The notes: a model not told the origin generated them from the letters alone. A stretch of DNA of 64,000 nucleotides from Nemertoderma westbladi (GCA_032718475.1 JAUCBJ010008725.1:6464-70463), one strand, 5' to 3'. Shown: positions 1 to 14,089, numbered from the stretch's first letter. Made by a program: numbers and translations.

Positions 1-398
1 CCACTAATTAATAGGCGGTTAGCTAAAGCTTATGAACCCCCCCCCCCCCCCCCCCACGTTACATATTTTGAATTTGCTAATGTCATAATGTAGAGGTAAA
101 CCCTCAGTTTTTTTTTTACAAATTTAAGTTTGTGAGATAAAATGCAAAATTACCAACCGAAACTATAAAACTAGAATGTAACCAAAACCAATACATTTAG
201 TAACTACAATTATAAGCCCCTATAAGGTATTTTAAATTCGTAAATAATTTTTATTTACGATTATTTATAATTAAAGTAGCGTATTAACAAGTCAGTTACA
301 ATACTAGATACTACTGAGTGCCCATAATGCAAGCCACGGAAAAATAATACTTTAGGCCTACAAAGGTTTAATATACTGTATTGTATCACCATTATTAG

Positions 399-875
399 TG
401 GAAGCCCTATTATACGCTCACTGGGATATCCCAGCCGTCTAGTCAGACATCCAATAGAATCAACTCACCGTCTATGTGTCTCCTTATGTCTGTGCCACTA
501 ATAAACTGCATACACCCCATGTTAAACAAATACATGTTCTGGAATGAATATCATCGACATTGGCTGCCGCTCCCGTTGACTACTAAGGGCCCTCCTATTT
601 ATTTTGTTTCACTGATATTGTTAACATTCTATACATACACAGTTACAATACATGTTAGCATTCATTGGATGGAAGCCCTGTCCACTGGACAGCACACTCA
701 TGGGGCTTCCCCAACACGCAGTCGGTTTCTCCAGTGGCCAGACAACCAATAGAATCAAACCATGTTAACTTCACTACGGTATGTTTATCCTTGTTTCTGC
801 CACTAAGCACTGACGGATTCACCCAATGTTAAATAAATAGATGTTCTGGAATGAATATTTATAACATGGGCTAGT
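399..875. repeat. Diverged tandem dimer (~270-bp spacing) of unknown origin
   Basis: Blocks TGGAAGCCCT, CCAATAGAATCAA, TGCCACTAA and ATGTTAAA..AATA.ATGTTCTGGAATGAATAT occur in the same order at ~399-570 and ~670-875. Confidence 0.55.
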
Positions 876-1148
876 TATATAAATAACGGTAGATACAGTA
901 ATACCATTGTTGTTCCAAGACATAGGTGATTTAATAATAAAATAGTTTGTAAGTGGTTTATTCAGTTTATAATAAAATAATGTATTTTTTCATTTTTAAT
1001 TATTATTTACAATAATTATTTTTTAATGTAGTCCTATTTATTCTGATTTTTTTTTATAAGGGAGTGTGGCTAAAGCCCCTTAGAATAAACCATAAGCAAT
1101 TGAGGATGAAGCTGTGTACAGCTGATCGATTATCAGAATGGAGATGTT

Positions 1149-2369
1149 AGATAGATAGATTTATTTATACATTATGTAAAAACAATAACAAATACACCAA
1201 ACAATGTACCGGTATAAAGGTATTGTCCAACATAAACATATAGGATTACCCCTAAAGCTTTGCAGCTTATTTCCAAGGGGGTCCTTTATGTTACTTGGTT
1301 ACAAGTACAATATTACACTACGCTAACCTAAAACCAATATAAACGTAATTACACTATGTACATGTACAACTTTACCGAGAGCGTGACAATGTCCGACTCA
1401 ACGATAAAGATGTAATGTACAGAACAATTTAATATAAAACGTAATTACAGTATAAATAGTAAATAATTAATAAACTAATAACTTACTGTAGGACTATTGT
1501 ACCTATTTTTACATTGCACGCGGAGGTGAGATTTAACTGCAGATTTAAAAGAATGTTGATTATATAGGTTTTTAATTTCATTTGGCAGAGCGTTCCAATT
1601 TTTAATGCCGTTAAAAAAGAAAGTATCAAATTCAAAGGATTTACAATTCGGGAGGTAGAAGTTTGAAGCACTAGCTCTGGTACTGTAAGAGTGTGTATCG
1701 CGCACTCTGTTGAATTTTTGTTTTAGGTAATTGGGACATTTACCATTATACACTTTATACACATGGTTAAGGCGTAGCTGCTTAACTCTACTATCTAAGT
1801 TAAGTAGTCCAGATTCAGAAAAGTCATCTGGAGTTAGGTGGTGTCTAGGTTTGTAGTCTTTAATAAATCGTACTACTTTATTCTGAGCTACTTGTAATTT
1901 ACATTTAAGCTGTTTGGTTAAGCCTTCATACCAAGAAGAGCACGCATAGTCCATGTGACACTGTATTAAAGAAGAGCAAAGTAACTTGCGGGAGTCGGTA
2001 TTTAAACTATTTTTATTTCTGTATAGAAACCTAAGCCTACTGTTAACTTTCGAGAAAATATTTTTCACTGTGCTTTCTCCTGATAAGCAGTTATCCAATG
2101 TGGCGCCTAAATATTTAACTTCCTTTTTATTTTCAATCTTATGTCCATTACTAGTGACTTCAAACTTAGTTACCTTCTTTAACTTTCTTTTGGAACCAAA
2201 CAAAATACTTTCAGTCTTACCGTAGTGAATGGATAGCTTATTATCAACCAACCACTCATTACAGGATTCTAGAACTGCACTTAACTTTTGGGAAATATGG
2301 ATAGGATCTTTATGAGAGAAAATAAGAGCACTGTCGTCGGCATATAAAATGAGTTTAAAATCGGTATTG
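1149..2369 (-). mobile_element. 5'-truncated LINE of the L2/Crack group (RT C-terminal half plus 3' UTR)
   Basis: Open frame from ~2369 (LILYADDS at ~2330-2355) through ORF 1475-2251 (KYLG, CHMDYACSSWY, WNALP). 3' UTR GGACCCCCTTGGAAATAAG stem-loop motif, AATAAA followed by an (ATCT)n tail. Candidate TSD GATGTT at 1143-1148 and 2370-2375. Confidence 0.9.
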
Positions 2370-2385
2370 GATGTTGGTATGTAGA

Positions 2386-2772
2386 TTCTAAATTCCCGTG
2401 CGTGCGAGTATGAGTCTAAATTCCTGTGCGAGTATGAGTCTAAATCCCCGTGTGAGTATGAGTCTAAATTCCCGTGCGTGCGAGTATGAGTCTAAATTCC
2501 CGTGTGAGTATGAGTCTAAATTCCCGTGCGTGCGAGTATGAGTCTAAATTCCCGTGTGAGTATGAGTCTAATTACCGTGTAAGCATTAGTCTAAATTCCC
2601 GTGTGAGTATGAGTTTGAGTCTAAATTCCCGTATGAGCATGAGTCTAAATTCCCGTGCGAGTATGAGTCTAAATTCCCGTGTGAGTATGAGTCTAAATTC
2701 CCGTATGAGTGTGAGTCTAAATTCCCGTGTGAGTATTAGTCTAAATTCCCGTGTTAGTGAGAATGAGTCTAA
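2386..2772. repeat. 24-bp minisatellite (GAGTATGAGTCTAAATTCCCGTGT), about 15 copies with some 28-bp variants
   Basis: Direct inspection of tandem units. Confidence 0.95.
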
Positions 2773-3721
2773 ACTGTACAGCTGTAGGTCTAGATCCCTA
2801 GATGTAGTGCTGTAATACAGTAATACGGAATACTGGTCAGTTTGCTGATTTGAATTTGAACTTCTGAACTTGAGAGTGTAGTTCTGACTGTGGACTCTAC
2901 ACTGTCAGTCTGTCATCTGTAGGCTGGTAGGTGGTAGGCCTACCGACTGTCGACCGCACGACCGGTATGACTGACTGACTGATCGGTAGCCTTTTTAAAG
3001 CAAGCCTACATACCTACCGAAACCGAATACCGGTACCGAATATTTAAAGATTTGACACTAAAGCTGTAAAGTGCCAAAGTCATAACATTCAATTTTAATT
3101 TTAAATGTCAGTCGGTCTGTCGGTGATATTCTGATATAGGCGATTTTGGACTTGATCCAATTTTCTGATTTTGGAACTTGCTAAGTCAAAATTGGACTTC
3201 CATTCCAATATCGGAATTAAATTTGATATGAATTACAACTGTACCGGTACAGTGAATTTTCCACGGCCTACAATTTTTTCAGATGGGATCTGAAATTTAA
3301 CCTACATAATCTTTACTACAAAATAAGAGTTTTAACCGTGCACGAAACAATTCCACGGTGCACCACAAAGACAACCGACATTTAAAGTTTTGCTCATCCA
3401 ACAGTCCAATTTTGGACTTTAAGGTCTAATTTTGTCTTTCCACCTGTCCACTGTTAGTTAGGATTTAGGAAGGCAGGAAGGGATCTAGGGCTGTGCACTG
3501 TTCAGCTGTAGGGGTCTTAACCTCTACAGCTCTAATGATAAGTTTATTTTACCGAAAATAACTTATCCTTTATTGGCGCAATTGTAGAACTAATCCCATC
3601 ACATTACGTTTTGCGTAGGCCTACTTTTTAACCGGGCAGCTGTACTGCTGTGTATTGCTGTATTGTACAAATTTAGCAATCGCGTAATTTTTCTTGAAAT
3701 AAATATCTCATATCTCTCCAA

Positions 3722-3860
3722 ACCACGTACCGGTACGCGTTTTGACCTTACTGCAGTACTGGGTCTCATCAGCCAGTCGGCGTGGTGTCGGATTCGAACC
3801 TGGCAGCCTGGGACCTCGAGGTGGAAGCCGAGACTACAACCACTAGGGCCTACTGCACTA
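3722..3860 (-). mobile_element. Degenerate tRNA-derived SINE carrying a minimal type I hammerhead ribozyme
   Basis: Minus strand: A-box-like TAGTGGTT, B-box GGTTCGAATCC, then ACCACG..CTGATGA-GACC-loop-GGTC-aAAAC-GC-GTA..CGTGGT. Confidence 0.75.
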
Positions 3861-3896
3861 CAGCACTATGCTTAGGCCAATACCCGGTTAAAAAGT

Positions 3897-6800
3897 CAAT
3901 AGTATCTACATCATTGTCCAGAATAGGGTGTTTCCCTTCACTTCTATGGGGCTTTCTATTATTCCTACCTGTCCCAAATACGTTGTCTAATGATTTCCAA
4001 CCTGTCCAATATAGGGGCATCCAATCAAATCATCATATGAGCCAACTCCTCTTCATCTGACCAATATCAACATTCCTAAAGTTAGGCATCCTCCTTATTG
4101 GCTATATAATGTAAAGGTTAATGGAAAATTCCACTGATATATAATCCAAGTGTCAACTACGAATCCAGGGCTCATTATAACAACCTATACTGGACAGAGC
4201 AACGTATATGGGACAAGAGCTGGTTGAGGTATATGTACAGTGGAAATTCCCATTCTAAATAAGGGCATTTGGAATACTTGTTCCCTAGTTATGGTTAAAG
4301 ATATACTGTGGGTGCCTTGCAAATGGCCTGTAAGACTGTGATGCATTATAGGCTATGGTGTCATCATAGTCACGTTATTTAATTTCATGTTGTACAATTT
4401 ATTCATATTGTGCAATTTATCATGTTGTGCAATTTATTCATTGTGCAATTTATTCATTGTGCAATTTATTCATTGTGCAATTTATTCATGTGGTGCAATT
4501 TATTCACTTATAATAAATCTAAATACATTCGTATATTAATAATTAAATGACAATCAAATTAGTGATATCGCAACCTCCTCCCCCGGACTCAACTTCATCC
4601 CATATAGTCCTTAATAAGTCTTAAATTTGACTCAAATAGGTTGTTAGTGTCCCATATAGGGTGTTTGTGTCCCATATAGGTTGATTTTGTCCAAAATAGC
4701 CTGTAGCTTTATCAAAATTATTTCAAATAGTTTATAAATGTAAAGGAATACTGAAAAGAATATTGACTTCATAATCATAGCTTTAATTCCAATTTGTCCC
4801 AAATAGGTTGTTTATGTACCATATAGGGTGTTTGTGTCCCACACAGGGTGTTTTTATACCAAATAGCATGTAACTTTCTCAAAATGATTTTACATAGTTT
4901 ATAAAAATGATGGAAATACTCAAAAGAAAATAGAATCCACTATCATAGCTTTAATTTAAATTTGTCACAAATAGGTTGTTTATGTCCCATATAGGGTGTT
5001 TGTGTCCTGTATAGGGTGTTTTGTCCTGAATAGGGGAATACAGCTTGCCAACACATTGTTGCTGAATAGGGTGTACATTTCTTATAATGATTTTAAATTG
5101 TTTCTAAATGTAATGGAATACTCAAAAGAAAATATAATTCACTATCATAGCTTTAATTTAAATTTGTCACAAATAGGTTGTTTATGTCCCATATAGGGTG
5201 TTTGTATCTCATATAGGGTGTTTGTGTCCCAAATAGCGTGTGACTTTCTCAAAATGATTTTACATAGTTTATAAATATAATGGAATACTTAAATTCAATA
5301 CTTCGTTTGAGTATTCCATTATATTTATAAACTATGTAAAATCATTTTGAGAAAGTCACACGCTATTTGGGACACAAACACCCTATATGAGATACAAACA
5401 CCCTATATGGGACATAAACAACCTATTTGGGACAAATTTAAATTAAAGCTATGATAGTGGATTCTGTTTTCTTTTGAGTATTTCCATTATATTTATAAAC
5501 TATGCAAAATAATTTTGAGAAAGTCATACTTTATTTGGCACACAAACACCCTATATGGGACAAAAACAACCTATTTGGGACAAATTTAAATTAAAGCTAT
5601 GATAATGAATTCTATATTCTTTTGAGTATTCCATTACATTTCGAAACTATTTGAAATCTATTATAAGCACTTCACACCCTTTACAGGACACAAACACCCT
5701 ATATGGGACAAAAACAACCTATTTGGGACAAATTGAAATTAAAGCTATGGTAGTGAATTCTATATTCTTTTGAGTATTCCATGAGATTTAGAAACTAATT
5801 AAAATCACTTTGAGAAAGTAACATGCTATTTGGGATACAAACACCCTATATGGGACACAAACAACCTATTTGGGACAAATTTAAATGAAAGCTATGATAG
5901 TGAATTCTATTTTCTTTTAAGTATTCCATTACATTTCGAAACTATTTGGAATCATTATAAGCACTTCATACCCTATACCGGACACAAACACCCTATATGG
6001 GACACAAACAACCTATTTGGGACAAATATAAATTAAAGCTATGATAGTGGATTCTATTTTCTTTTGAGTATTTCCATTATATTTATAAACTATGTAAAAT
6101 AATTTTGAGAAAGTCATACGCTATTTGGCACACAAACACCCTATATGGGACAAAAACAACCTATTTGGGATAAATTTAAATTAAAGCTATGATACTGAAT
6201 TATATTTTCGTTTGAGTATTCCATTATATTTATAAACTAAGTAAAATCATTTTGAGAAAGTCACACGCTATTTGGGACACAAACACCCTATATGAGACAC
6301 AAACACCCTATATGGGACATAAACAACCTATTTGGGACAAATTTAAATTAAAGCTATGATAGTGGATTCTATTTTCTTTTGAGTATTTCCATTATATTTA
6401 TAAACTATGTAAAATAACTTTGAGAAAGTCATACTTTATTTGGCACACAAACACCCTATATGGGACAAAAACAACCTATTTGGGACAAATTTAAATTAAA
6501 GCTACGATAATGAATTCTATATTCTTTTGAGTATTCCATTACATTTCGAAACTATTTGAAATCTATTATAAGCACTTCACACCCTTTACAGGACACAAAC
6601 ACCCTATATGGGACAAAAACAACCTATTTGGGACAAATTGAAATTAAAGCTATGATAGTGGATTCTATTTTCTTTTGAGTATTTCCATTATATTTATAAA
6701 CTATGTAAAATAATTTTGAGAAAGTCATACTTTATTTGGCACACAAACACCCTATATGGGACAAAAACAACCTATTTGGGACAAATTTAAATTAAAGCTA

Positions 6801-9800
6801 TTATAATGAATTCTATATTCTTTTGAGTATTCCATTACATTTCGAAACTATTTGAAATCTATTATAAGCACTTCACACCCTTTACGGGACACAAACACCC
6901 TATATGGGACAAAAACAACCTATTTGGGACAAATTGAAATTAAAGCTATGGTAGTGAATTCTATATTCTTTTGAGTATTCCATGAGATTTAGAAACTAAT
7001 TAAAATCACTTTGAGAAAGTAACACGCTATTTGGGACACAAACACCCTATATGGGACACAAACAACCTATTTGGGACAAATTTAAATGAAAGCTATGATA
7101 GTGAATTCTATTTTCTTTTAAGTATTCCATTACATTTCGAAACTATTTGGAATCATTATAAGCACTTCACACCCTATACCGGACACAAACACCCTATATG
7201 GGACACAAACAACCTATTTGGGACAAATTTAAATTAAAGCTATGATAGTGGATTCTATTTTCTTTTGAGTATTTCCATTATATTTATAAACTATGTAAAA
7301 TAATTTTGAGAAAGTCATACGCTATTTGGCACACAAACACCCTATATGGGACAAAAACAACCTATTTGGGACAAATTTAAATTAAAGCTATGATACTGAA
7401 TTATATTTTCGTTTGAGTATTCCATTATATTTATAAACTACCGTATATAAAATCATTTTGAGAAAGTCACACGCTATTTGGGACACAAACACCCTATATG
7501 AGACACAAACACCCCATATGGGACATAAACAACCTATTTGGGACAAATTTAAATTCAAGCTATGATAGTGGATTCTATTTTCTTTTGAGTATTTCCATTA
7601 TATTTATAAACTATGTAAAATAACTTTGAGAAAGTCATACTTTATTTGGCACACAAACACCCTATATGGGACAAAAACAACCTATTTGGGACAAATTTAA
7701 ATTAAAGCTACGATAATGAATTCTATATTCTTTTGAGTATTCCATTACATTTCGAAACTATTTGAAATCTATTATAAGCACTTCACACCCTTTACAGGAC
7801 ACAAACACCCTATATGGGACAAAAACAACCTATTTGGGACAAATTGAAATTAAAGCTATGATAGTGGATTCTATTTTCTTTTGAGTATTTCCATTATATT
7901 TATAAACTATGTAAAATAATTTTGAGAAAGTCATACTTTATTTGGCACACAAACACCCTATATGGGACAAAAACAACCTATTTGGGACAAATTTAAATTA
8001 AAGCTATTATAATGAATTCTATATTCTTTTGAGTATTCCATTACATTTCGAAACTATTTGAAATCTATTATAAGCACTTCACACCCTTTACGGGACACAA
8101 ACACCCTATATGGGACAAAAACAACCTATTTGGGACAAATTGAAATTAAAGCTATGGTAGTGAATTCTATATTCTTTTGAGTATTCCATGAGATTTAGAA
8201 ACTAATTAAAATCACTTTGAGAAAGTAACACGCTATTTGGGACACAAACACCCTATATGGGACACAAACAACCTATTTGGGACAAATTTAAATGAAAGCT
8301 ATGATAGTGAATTCTATTTTCTTTTAAGTATTCCATTACATTTCGAAACTATTTGGAATCATTATAAGCACTTCACACCCTATACCGGACACAAACACCC
8401 TATATGGGACACAAACAACCTATTTGGGACAAATTTAAATTAAAGCTATGATAGTGGATTCTATTTTCTTTTGAGTATTTCCATTATATTTATAAACTAT
8501 GTAAAATAATTTTGAGAAAGTCATACGCTATTTGGCACACAAACACCCTATATGGGACAAAAACAACCTATTTGGGACAAATTTAAATTAAAGCTATGAT
8601 ACTGAATTATATTTTCGTTTGAGTATTCCATTATATTTATAAACTACCGTATATAAAATCATTTTGAGAAAGTCACACGCTATTTGGGACACAAACACCC
8701 TATATGAGACACAAACACCCCATATGGGACATAAACAACCTATTTGGGACAAATTTAAATTCAAGCTATGATAGTGGATTCTATTTTCTTTTGAGTATTT
8801 CCATTATATTTATAAACTATGTAAAATAATTTTGAGAAAGTCATACTTTATTTGGCACACAAACACCCTATATGGGACAAAAACAACCTATTTGGGACAA
8901 ATTTAAATTAAAGCTATGATAATGAATTCTATATTCTTTTGAGTATTCCATTACATTTCGAAACTATTTGAAATCTATTATAAGCACTTCACACCCTTTA
9001 CGGGACACAAACACCCTATATGGGACAAAAACAACCTATTTGGGACAAATATAAATTAAAGCTATGATAGTGGATTCTATTTTCTTTTGAGTATTTCCAT
9101 TATATTTATAAACTATGTAAAATAATTTTGAGAAAGTCATACGCTATTTGGCACACAAACACCCTATATGGGACAAAAACAACCTATTTGGGATAAATTT
9201 AAATTAAAGCTATGATACTGAATTATATTTTCGTTTGAGTATTCCATTATATTTATAAACTAAATAAAATCATTTTGAGAAAGTCACACGCTATTTGGGA
9301 CACAAACACCCTATATGAGACACAAACACCCTATATGGGACATAAACAACCTATTTGGGACAAATTTAAATTAAAGCTATGATAGTGGATTCTATTTTCT
9401 TTTGAGTATTTCCATTATATTTATAAACTATGTAAAATAACTTTGAGAAAGTCATACTTTATTTGGCACACAAACAAACACCCTATATGGGACAAAAACA
9501 ACCTATTTGGGACAAATTTAAATTAAAGCTACGATAATGAATTCTATATTCTTTTGAGTATTCCATTACATTTCGAAACTATTTGAAATCTATTATAAGC
9601 ACTTCACACCCTTTACAGGACACAAACACCCTATATGGGACAAAAACAACCTATTTGGGACAAATTGAAATTAAAGCTATGATAGTGGATTCTATTTTCT
9701 TTTGAGTATTTCCATTATATTTATAAACTATTGTAAAATAATTTTGAGAAAGTCATACTTTATTTGGCACACAAACACCCTATATGGGACAAAAACAACC

Positions 9801-12800
9801 TATTTGGGACAAATTTAAATTAAAGCTATTATAATGAATTCTATATTCTTTTGAGTATTCCATTACATTTCGAAACTATTTGAAATCTATTATAAGCACT
9901 TCACACCCTTTACGGGACACAAACACCCTATATGGGACAAAAACAACCTATTTGGGACAAATTGAAATTAAAGCTATGGTAGTGAATTCTATATTCTTTT
10001 GAGTATTCCATGAGATTTAGAAACTAATTAAAATCACTTTGAGAAAGTAACACGCTATTTGGGACACAAACACCCTATATGGGACACAAACAACCTATTT
10101 GGGACAAATTTAAATGAAAGCTATGATAGTGAATTCTATTTTCTTTTAAGTATTCCATTACATTTCGAAACTATTTGGAATCATTATAAGCACTTCACAC
10201 CCTATACCGGACACAAACACCCTATATGGGACACAAACAACCTATTTGGGACAAATTTAAATTAAAGCTATGATAGTGGATTCTATTTTCTTTTGAGTAT
10301 TTCCATTATATTTATAAACTATGTAAAATAATTTTGAGAAAGTCATACGCTATTTGGCACACAAACACCCTATATGGGACAAAAACAACCTATTTGGGAC
10401 AAATTTAAATTAAAGCTATGATACTGAATTATATTTTCGTTTGAGTATTCCATTATATTTATAAACTACCGTATATAAAATCATTTTTAGAAAGTCACAC
10501 GCTATTTGGGACACAAACACCCTATATGAGACACAAACACCCCATATGGGACATAAACAACCTATTTGGGACAAATTTAAATTCAAGCTATGATAGTGGA
10601 TTCTATTTTCTTTTGAGTATTTCCATTATATTTATAAACTATGTAAAATAATTTTGAGAAAGTCATACTTTATTTGGCACACAAACACCCTATATGGGAC
10701 AAAAACAACCTATTTGGGACAAATTTAAATTAAAGCTATGATACTGAATTATATTTTCGTTTGAGTATTCCATTATATTTATAAACTACCGTATATAAAA
10801 TCATTTTTAGAAAGTCACACGCTATTTGGGACACAAACACCCTATATGAGACACAAACACCCCATATGGGACATAAACAACCTATTTGGGACAAATTTAA
10901 ATTCAAGCTATGATAGTGGATTCTATTTTCTTTTGAGTATTTCCATTATATTTATAAACTATGTAAAATAATTTTGAGAAAGTCATACTTTATTTGGCAC
11001 ACAAACACCCTATATGGGACAAAAACAACCTATTTGGGACAAATTTAAATTAAAGCTATGATAATGAATTCTATATTCTTTTGAGTATTCCATTACATTT
11101 CGAAACTATTTGAAATCTATTATAAGCACTTCACACCCTTTACGGGACACAAACACCCTATATGGGACAAAAACAACCTATTTGGGACAAATTGAAATTA
11201 AAGCTATGATAGTGGATTCTATTTTCTTTTGAGTATTTCCATTATATTTATAAACTATGTAAAATAATTTTGAGAAAGTCATACTTTATTTGGCACACAA
11301 ACACCCTATATGGGACAAAAACAACCTATTTGGGACAAATTTAAATTAAAGCTATTATAATGAATTCTATATTCTTTTGAGTATTTACATTATATTTCGA
11401 AACTATTTGAAATCTATTATAAGCACTTCACACCCTTTACAGGACACAAACACCCTATATGGGACAAAAACAACCTATTTGGGACAAATTGAAATTAAAG
11501 CTATGGTAGTGAATTCTATATTCTTTTGAGTATTCCATGAGATTTAGAAACTAATTAAAATCACTTTGAGAAAGTAACACGCTATTTGGGACACAAACAC
11601 CCTATATGGGACTCAAACAACCTATTTGGGACAAATTTAAATGAAAGCTATGATAGTGAATTCTATTTTCTTTTAAGTATTCCATTACATTTCGAAACTA
11701 TTTGGAATCATTATAAGCACTTCACACCCTATACCGGACACAAACACCCTATATGGGACACAAACAACCTATTTGGGATAAATTTAAATTAAAGCTATGA
11801 TAGTGGATTCTATTTTCTTTTGAGTATTTCCATTATATTTATAAACTATTTAAAATAATTTTGAGTAAGTCATACGCTATTTGGCACATAAACACCCTAT
11901 ATGGGACAAAAACAACCTATTTGGGACAAATTTAAATTAAAGCTATGATACTGAATTCTATATTCTTTTGAGTATTCCATTACATTTCGAAACTATTTGA
12001 AATCTATTATAAGCACTTCACACCCTTTACGGGACACAAACACCCTATATGGGACAAAAACAACCTATTTGGGACAAATTTAAATTAAAGCTATGATACT
12101 GAATTATATTTTCGTTTGATATTCCATTATATTTATAAACTATGTAAAATCATTTTGAGAAAGTGACACGCTATTTGGGACACAAACACCCTATATGGGA
12201 CACAAACACCCTATATGGGACACAAACAACCTATTTGGGACAAATTTAAATGAAAGCTATGATAGTGAATTCTATATTCTTTTGGGTATTCCATTACATT
12301 TCGAAACTATTTGAAATCATTATAAGCACTTCACACCCTATACCGGACACAAACACCCTATATGGGACACAAACAACCTATTTGAGTCAAATTTAAGACT
12401 TATTAAGGACTATTTGGGATGAAGTTGAGTCTGGGGGAGGAGGTTGCGATATCACTAATTTGATTGTCATTTAATTATTATTATACGAATGTATTTAGAT
12501 TTATTATATGTGAATAAATTGCACCACATGAATAAATTGCACTATGAATAAATTGCACAACATGAATAAATTGCACAATATGAATAAATTGCACAACATG
12601 AAATGAAATAACGTGACTATGGTGACACTATAGCCTATAATGCATCAGTCTTACAGGCCATTTGCAAGGCACCCACAGTATATCTTTAACCATAACTAGG
12701 GAACATGTATTCCAAATGCCCTTATTTAGAATGGGAATTTCCACTGTACATATACCTCAACCAGCTCTTGTCCCAAATACGTTGCTCTGTCCAGTATAGG

Positions 12801-13093
12801 TTGTTATAATGAGCCCCGGATTCGTAGCTGACACTTGGATTATATATCAGTGGAATTTCCCATTAACCTTTACATTATATACCGGTAGCCAATAAGGGAG
12901 ATGCCTAACTTTAGGAATGTTGGTATTGGTTCGATGACGAGGAGTTGGCTCATATGATGATTTCATTGGATGCCCCTATATTGGACAGGTTGGAAATCAT
13001 TACACAACGTATTTGGGACAGGTAGGAATAATAGAAAGCCCCATAGAAGTGAAGGGAAACACCCTATTCTGGACAATGATGTAGACACTACTC
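3897..13093. mobile_element. Foldback element: ~730-bp unique TIRs plus inverted satellite arms, 8-bp TSD
   Basis: 3897-~4660 is the reverse complement of ~12350-13093. TSD TAAAAAGT at 3889-3896 and 13094-13101. Symmetry centre at ~5290-5310. No coding capacity. Superfamily uncertain (P/Galileo-like or Mutator-like). Confidence 0.9.
4630..12385. repeat. ~120-140-bp satellite with ~1.2-kb higher-order repeat, orientation flips at ~5300
   Basis: Monomer core ACAAACACCCTATATGGGACAAAAACAACCTATTTGGGACAAATTTAAATTAAAGCTATG. The same 68-aa pseudo-ORF recurs at 5830, 7031, 8237, 10059 and 11586. Confidence 0.95.
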
Positions 13094-13717
13094 TAAAAAG
13101 TATGCATGTGATGGGATTAGTCCTACAATTGCGCCAATAAAAGATAAGTTATTTTCGGTAAAATAAACTTATCATTAGAGGTTAAGACCTCTAGATCCCT
13201 TCCTATAATATAATAAATGTATAATACAAATATATACCTGGAAAAATACAGCTTGCCAACACATTGTTACTATCAATAACTGTTAGTTAGGGTAGGTTTC
13301 TTAAATATGAAGTTTTTTTCTTCCTATATAGGAAATCGTGCTTCCTACATGTCCTATATTGCTATAATTAGGCAATTTTTGCGATTTTTCTGAACATTTT
13401 CTTCGTCATCTTTTGAAATAAATTTTAGCGAACGTTAACGTTAGCGAATCATAACGAAAATTCCAAAAACCCGGTCCGAATAATTCCTAAAACCCGGTCC
13501 ATAAACTCACGGTCCCAAAAATGAAATGACTAAAATCTGGTCTCGATCTTAAAGTTAAAATGTCTAAAACCCGGTCCCAAAATCCCGGTCCAATTTTTTT
13601 TCTTTATTTTACCGTAGGTCTAGAGTATAGTTTATAGATATACATGTTAATTAAAAGCGATCCTAGGCGTACTTATACAGTATCGTGGCTGGGAAATTAG
13701 AACCGGGATCTTCCGGT

Positions 13718-13890
13718 GAATTTAGATCCAAGGCACACATGCACTAGATCCTAGACGAACTTATGGCAAACTTAGATACAAGGCAAACTTAGATCCTACA
13801 GTAAATGAACTTCTAGTAAATTTAGACGTTGGCGAACATTAGATCCTGGATGAACGTAGCTTAGATCCAAAGCGAACCTAAATAAAGGCA
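13718..13890. repeat. Degenerate ~19-bp minisatellite (GAACTTAGATCCAAGGC-like)
   Basis: Repeated AACTTAGATCC-like motif. Confidence 0.6.
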
Positions 13891-13900
13891 AATTCCATCT

Positions 13901-14089
13901 GGGTGAGTACAAAACAAAGACCAAAGGACACAAGACCTGTAAAGTCGTGTTATGTCCCAAAGAGCGTTAGGTTCCATTGCCATTTAAAGGAGCAGGTTAC
14001 AGAGGTGTGTTAGGGGAACTAAACAATTAACGAATGTTAACACATAGGTGTTTGTACAGGTCTTTTTGGTCTTTGTTTTGTACTCACCC
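13901..14089. mobile_element. Mutator-type MITE, internally deleted copy
   Basis: TIR GGGTGAGTACAAAACAAAGACC. 9-bp TSD ATTCCATCT at 13892-13900 and 14090-14098. Confidence 0.9.

Larger units (their letters stand above)
3468..13203. mobile_element. Non-autonomous TIR element (~100-bp TIRs, TA flanks) containing a SINE and the foldback element
   Basis: GGAAGGGATCTAG..GGTCTTAACCTCTAATGATAAGTTTATTTTACCGAAAATAACTTATC...CTAATCCCATCACAT (3468-3604, interrupted by small insertions) is the inverted repeat of 13106-13203. TA flanks both ends. Confidence 0.75.

Noticed and set aside
3776-3860. tRNA gene
   Set aside because: A and B boxes are present, but I could not form a complete cloverleaf. It runs into the hammerhead, so it is better explained as a SINE head.
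5830-11792. Five near-identical 68-aa ORFs
   Set aside because: Non-ATG starts inside the higher-order satellite. Useful only as periodicity markers.
4630-12385. CRISPR-like appearance (conserved core alternating with variable segments)
   Set aside because: The variable segments are homologous to each other and recur. The context is eukaryotic and there are no cas genes.
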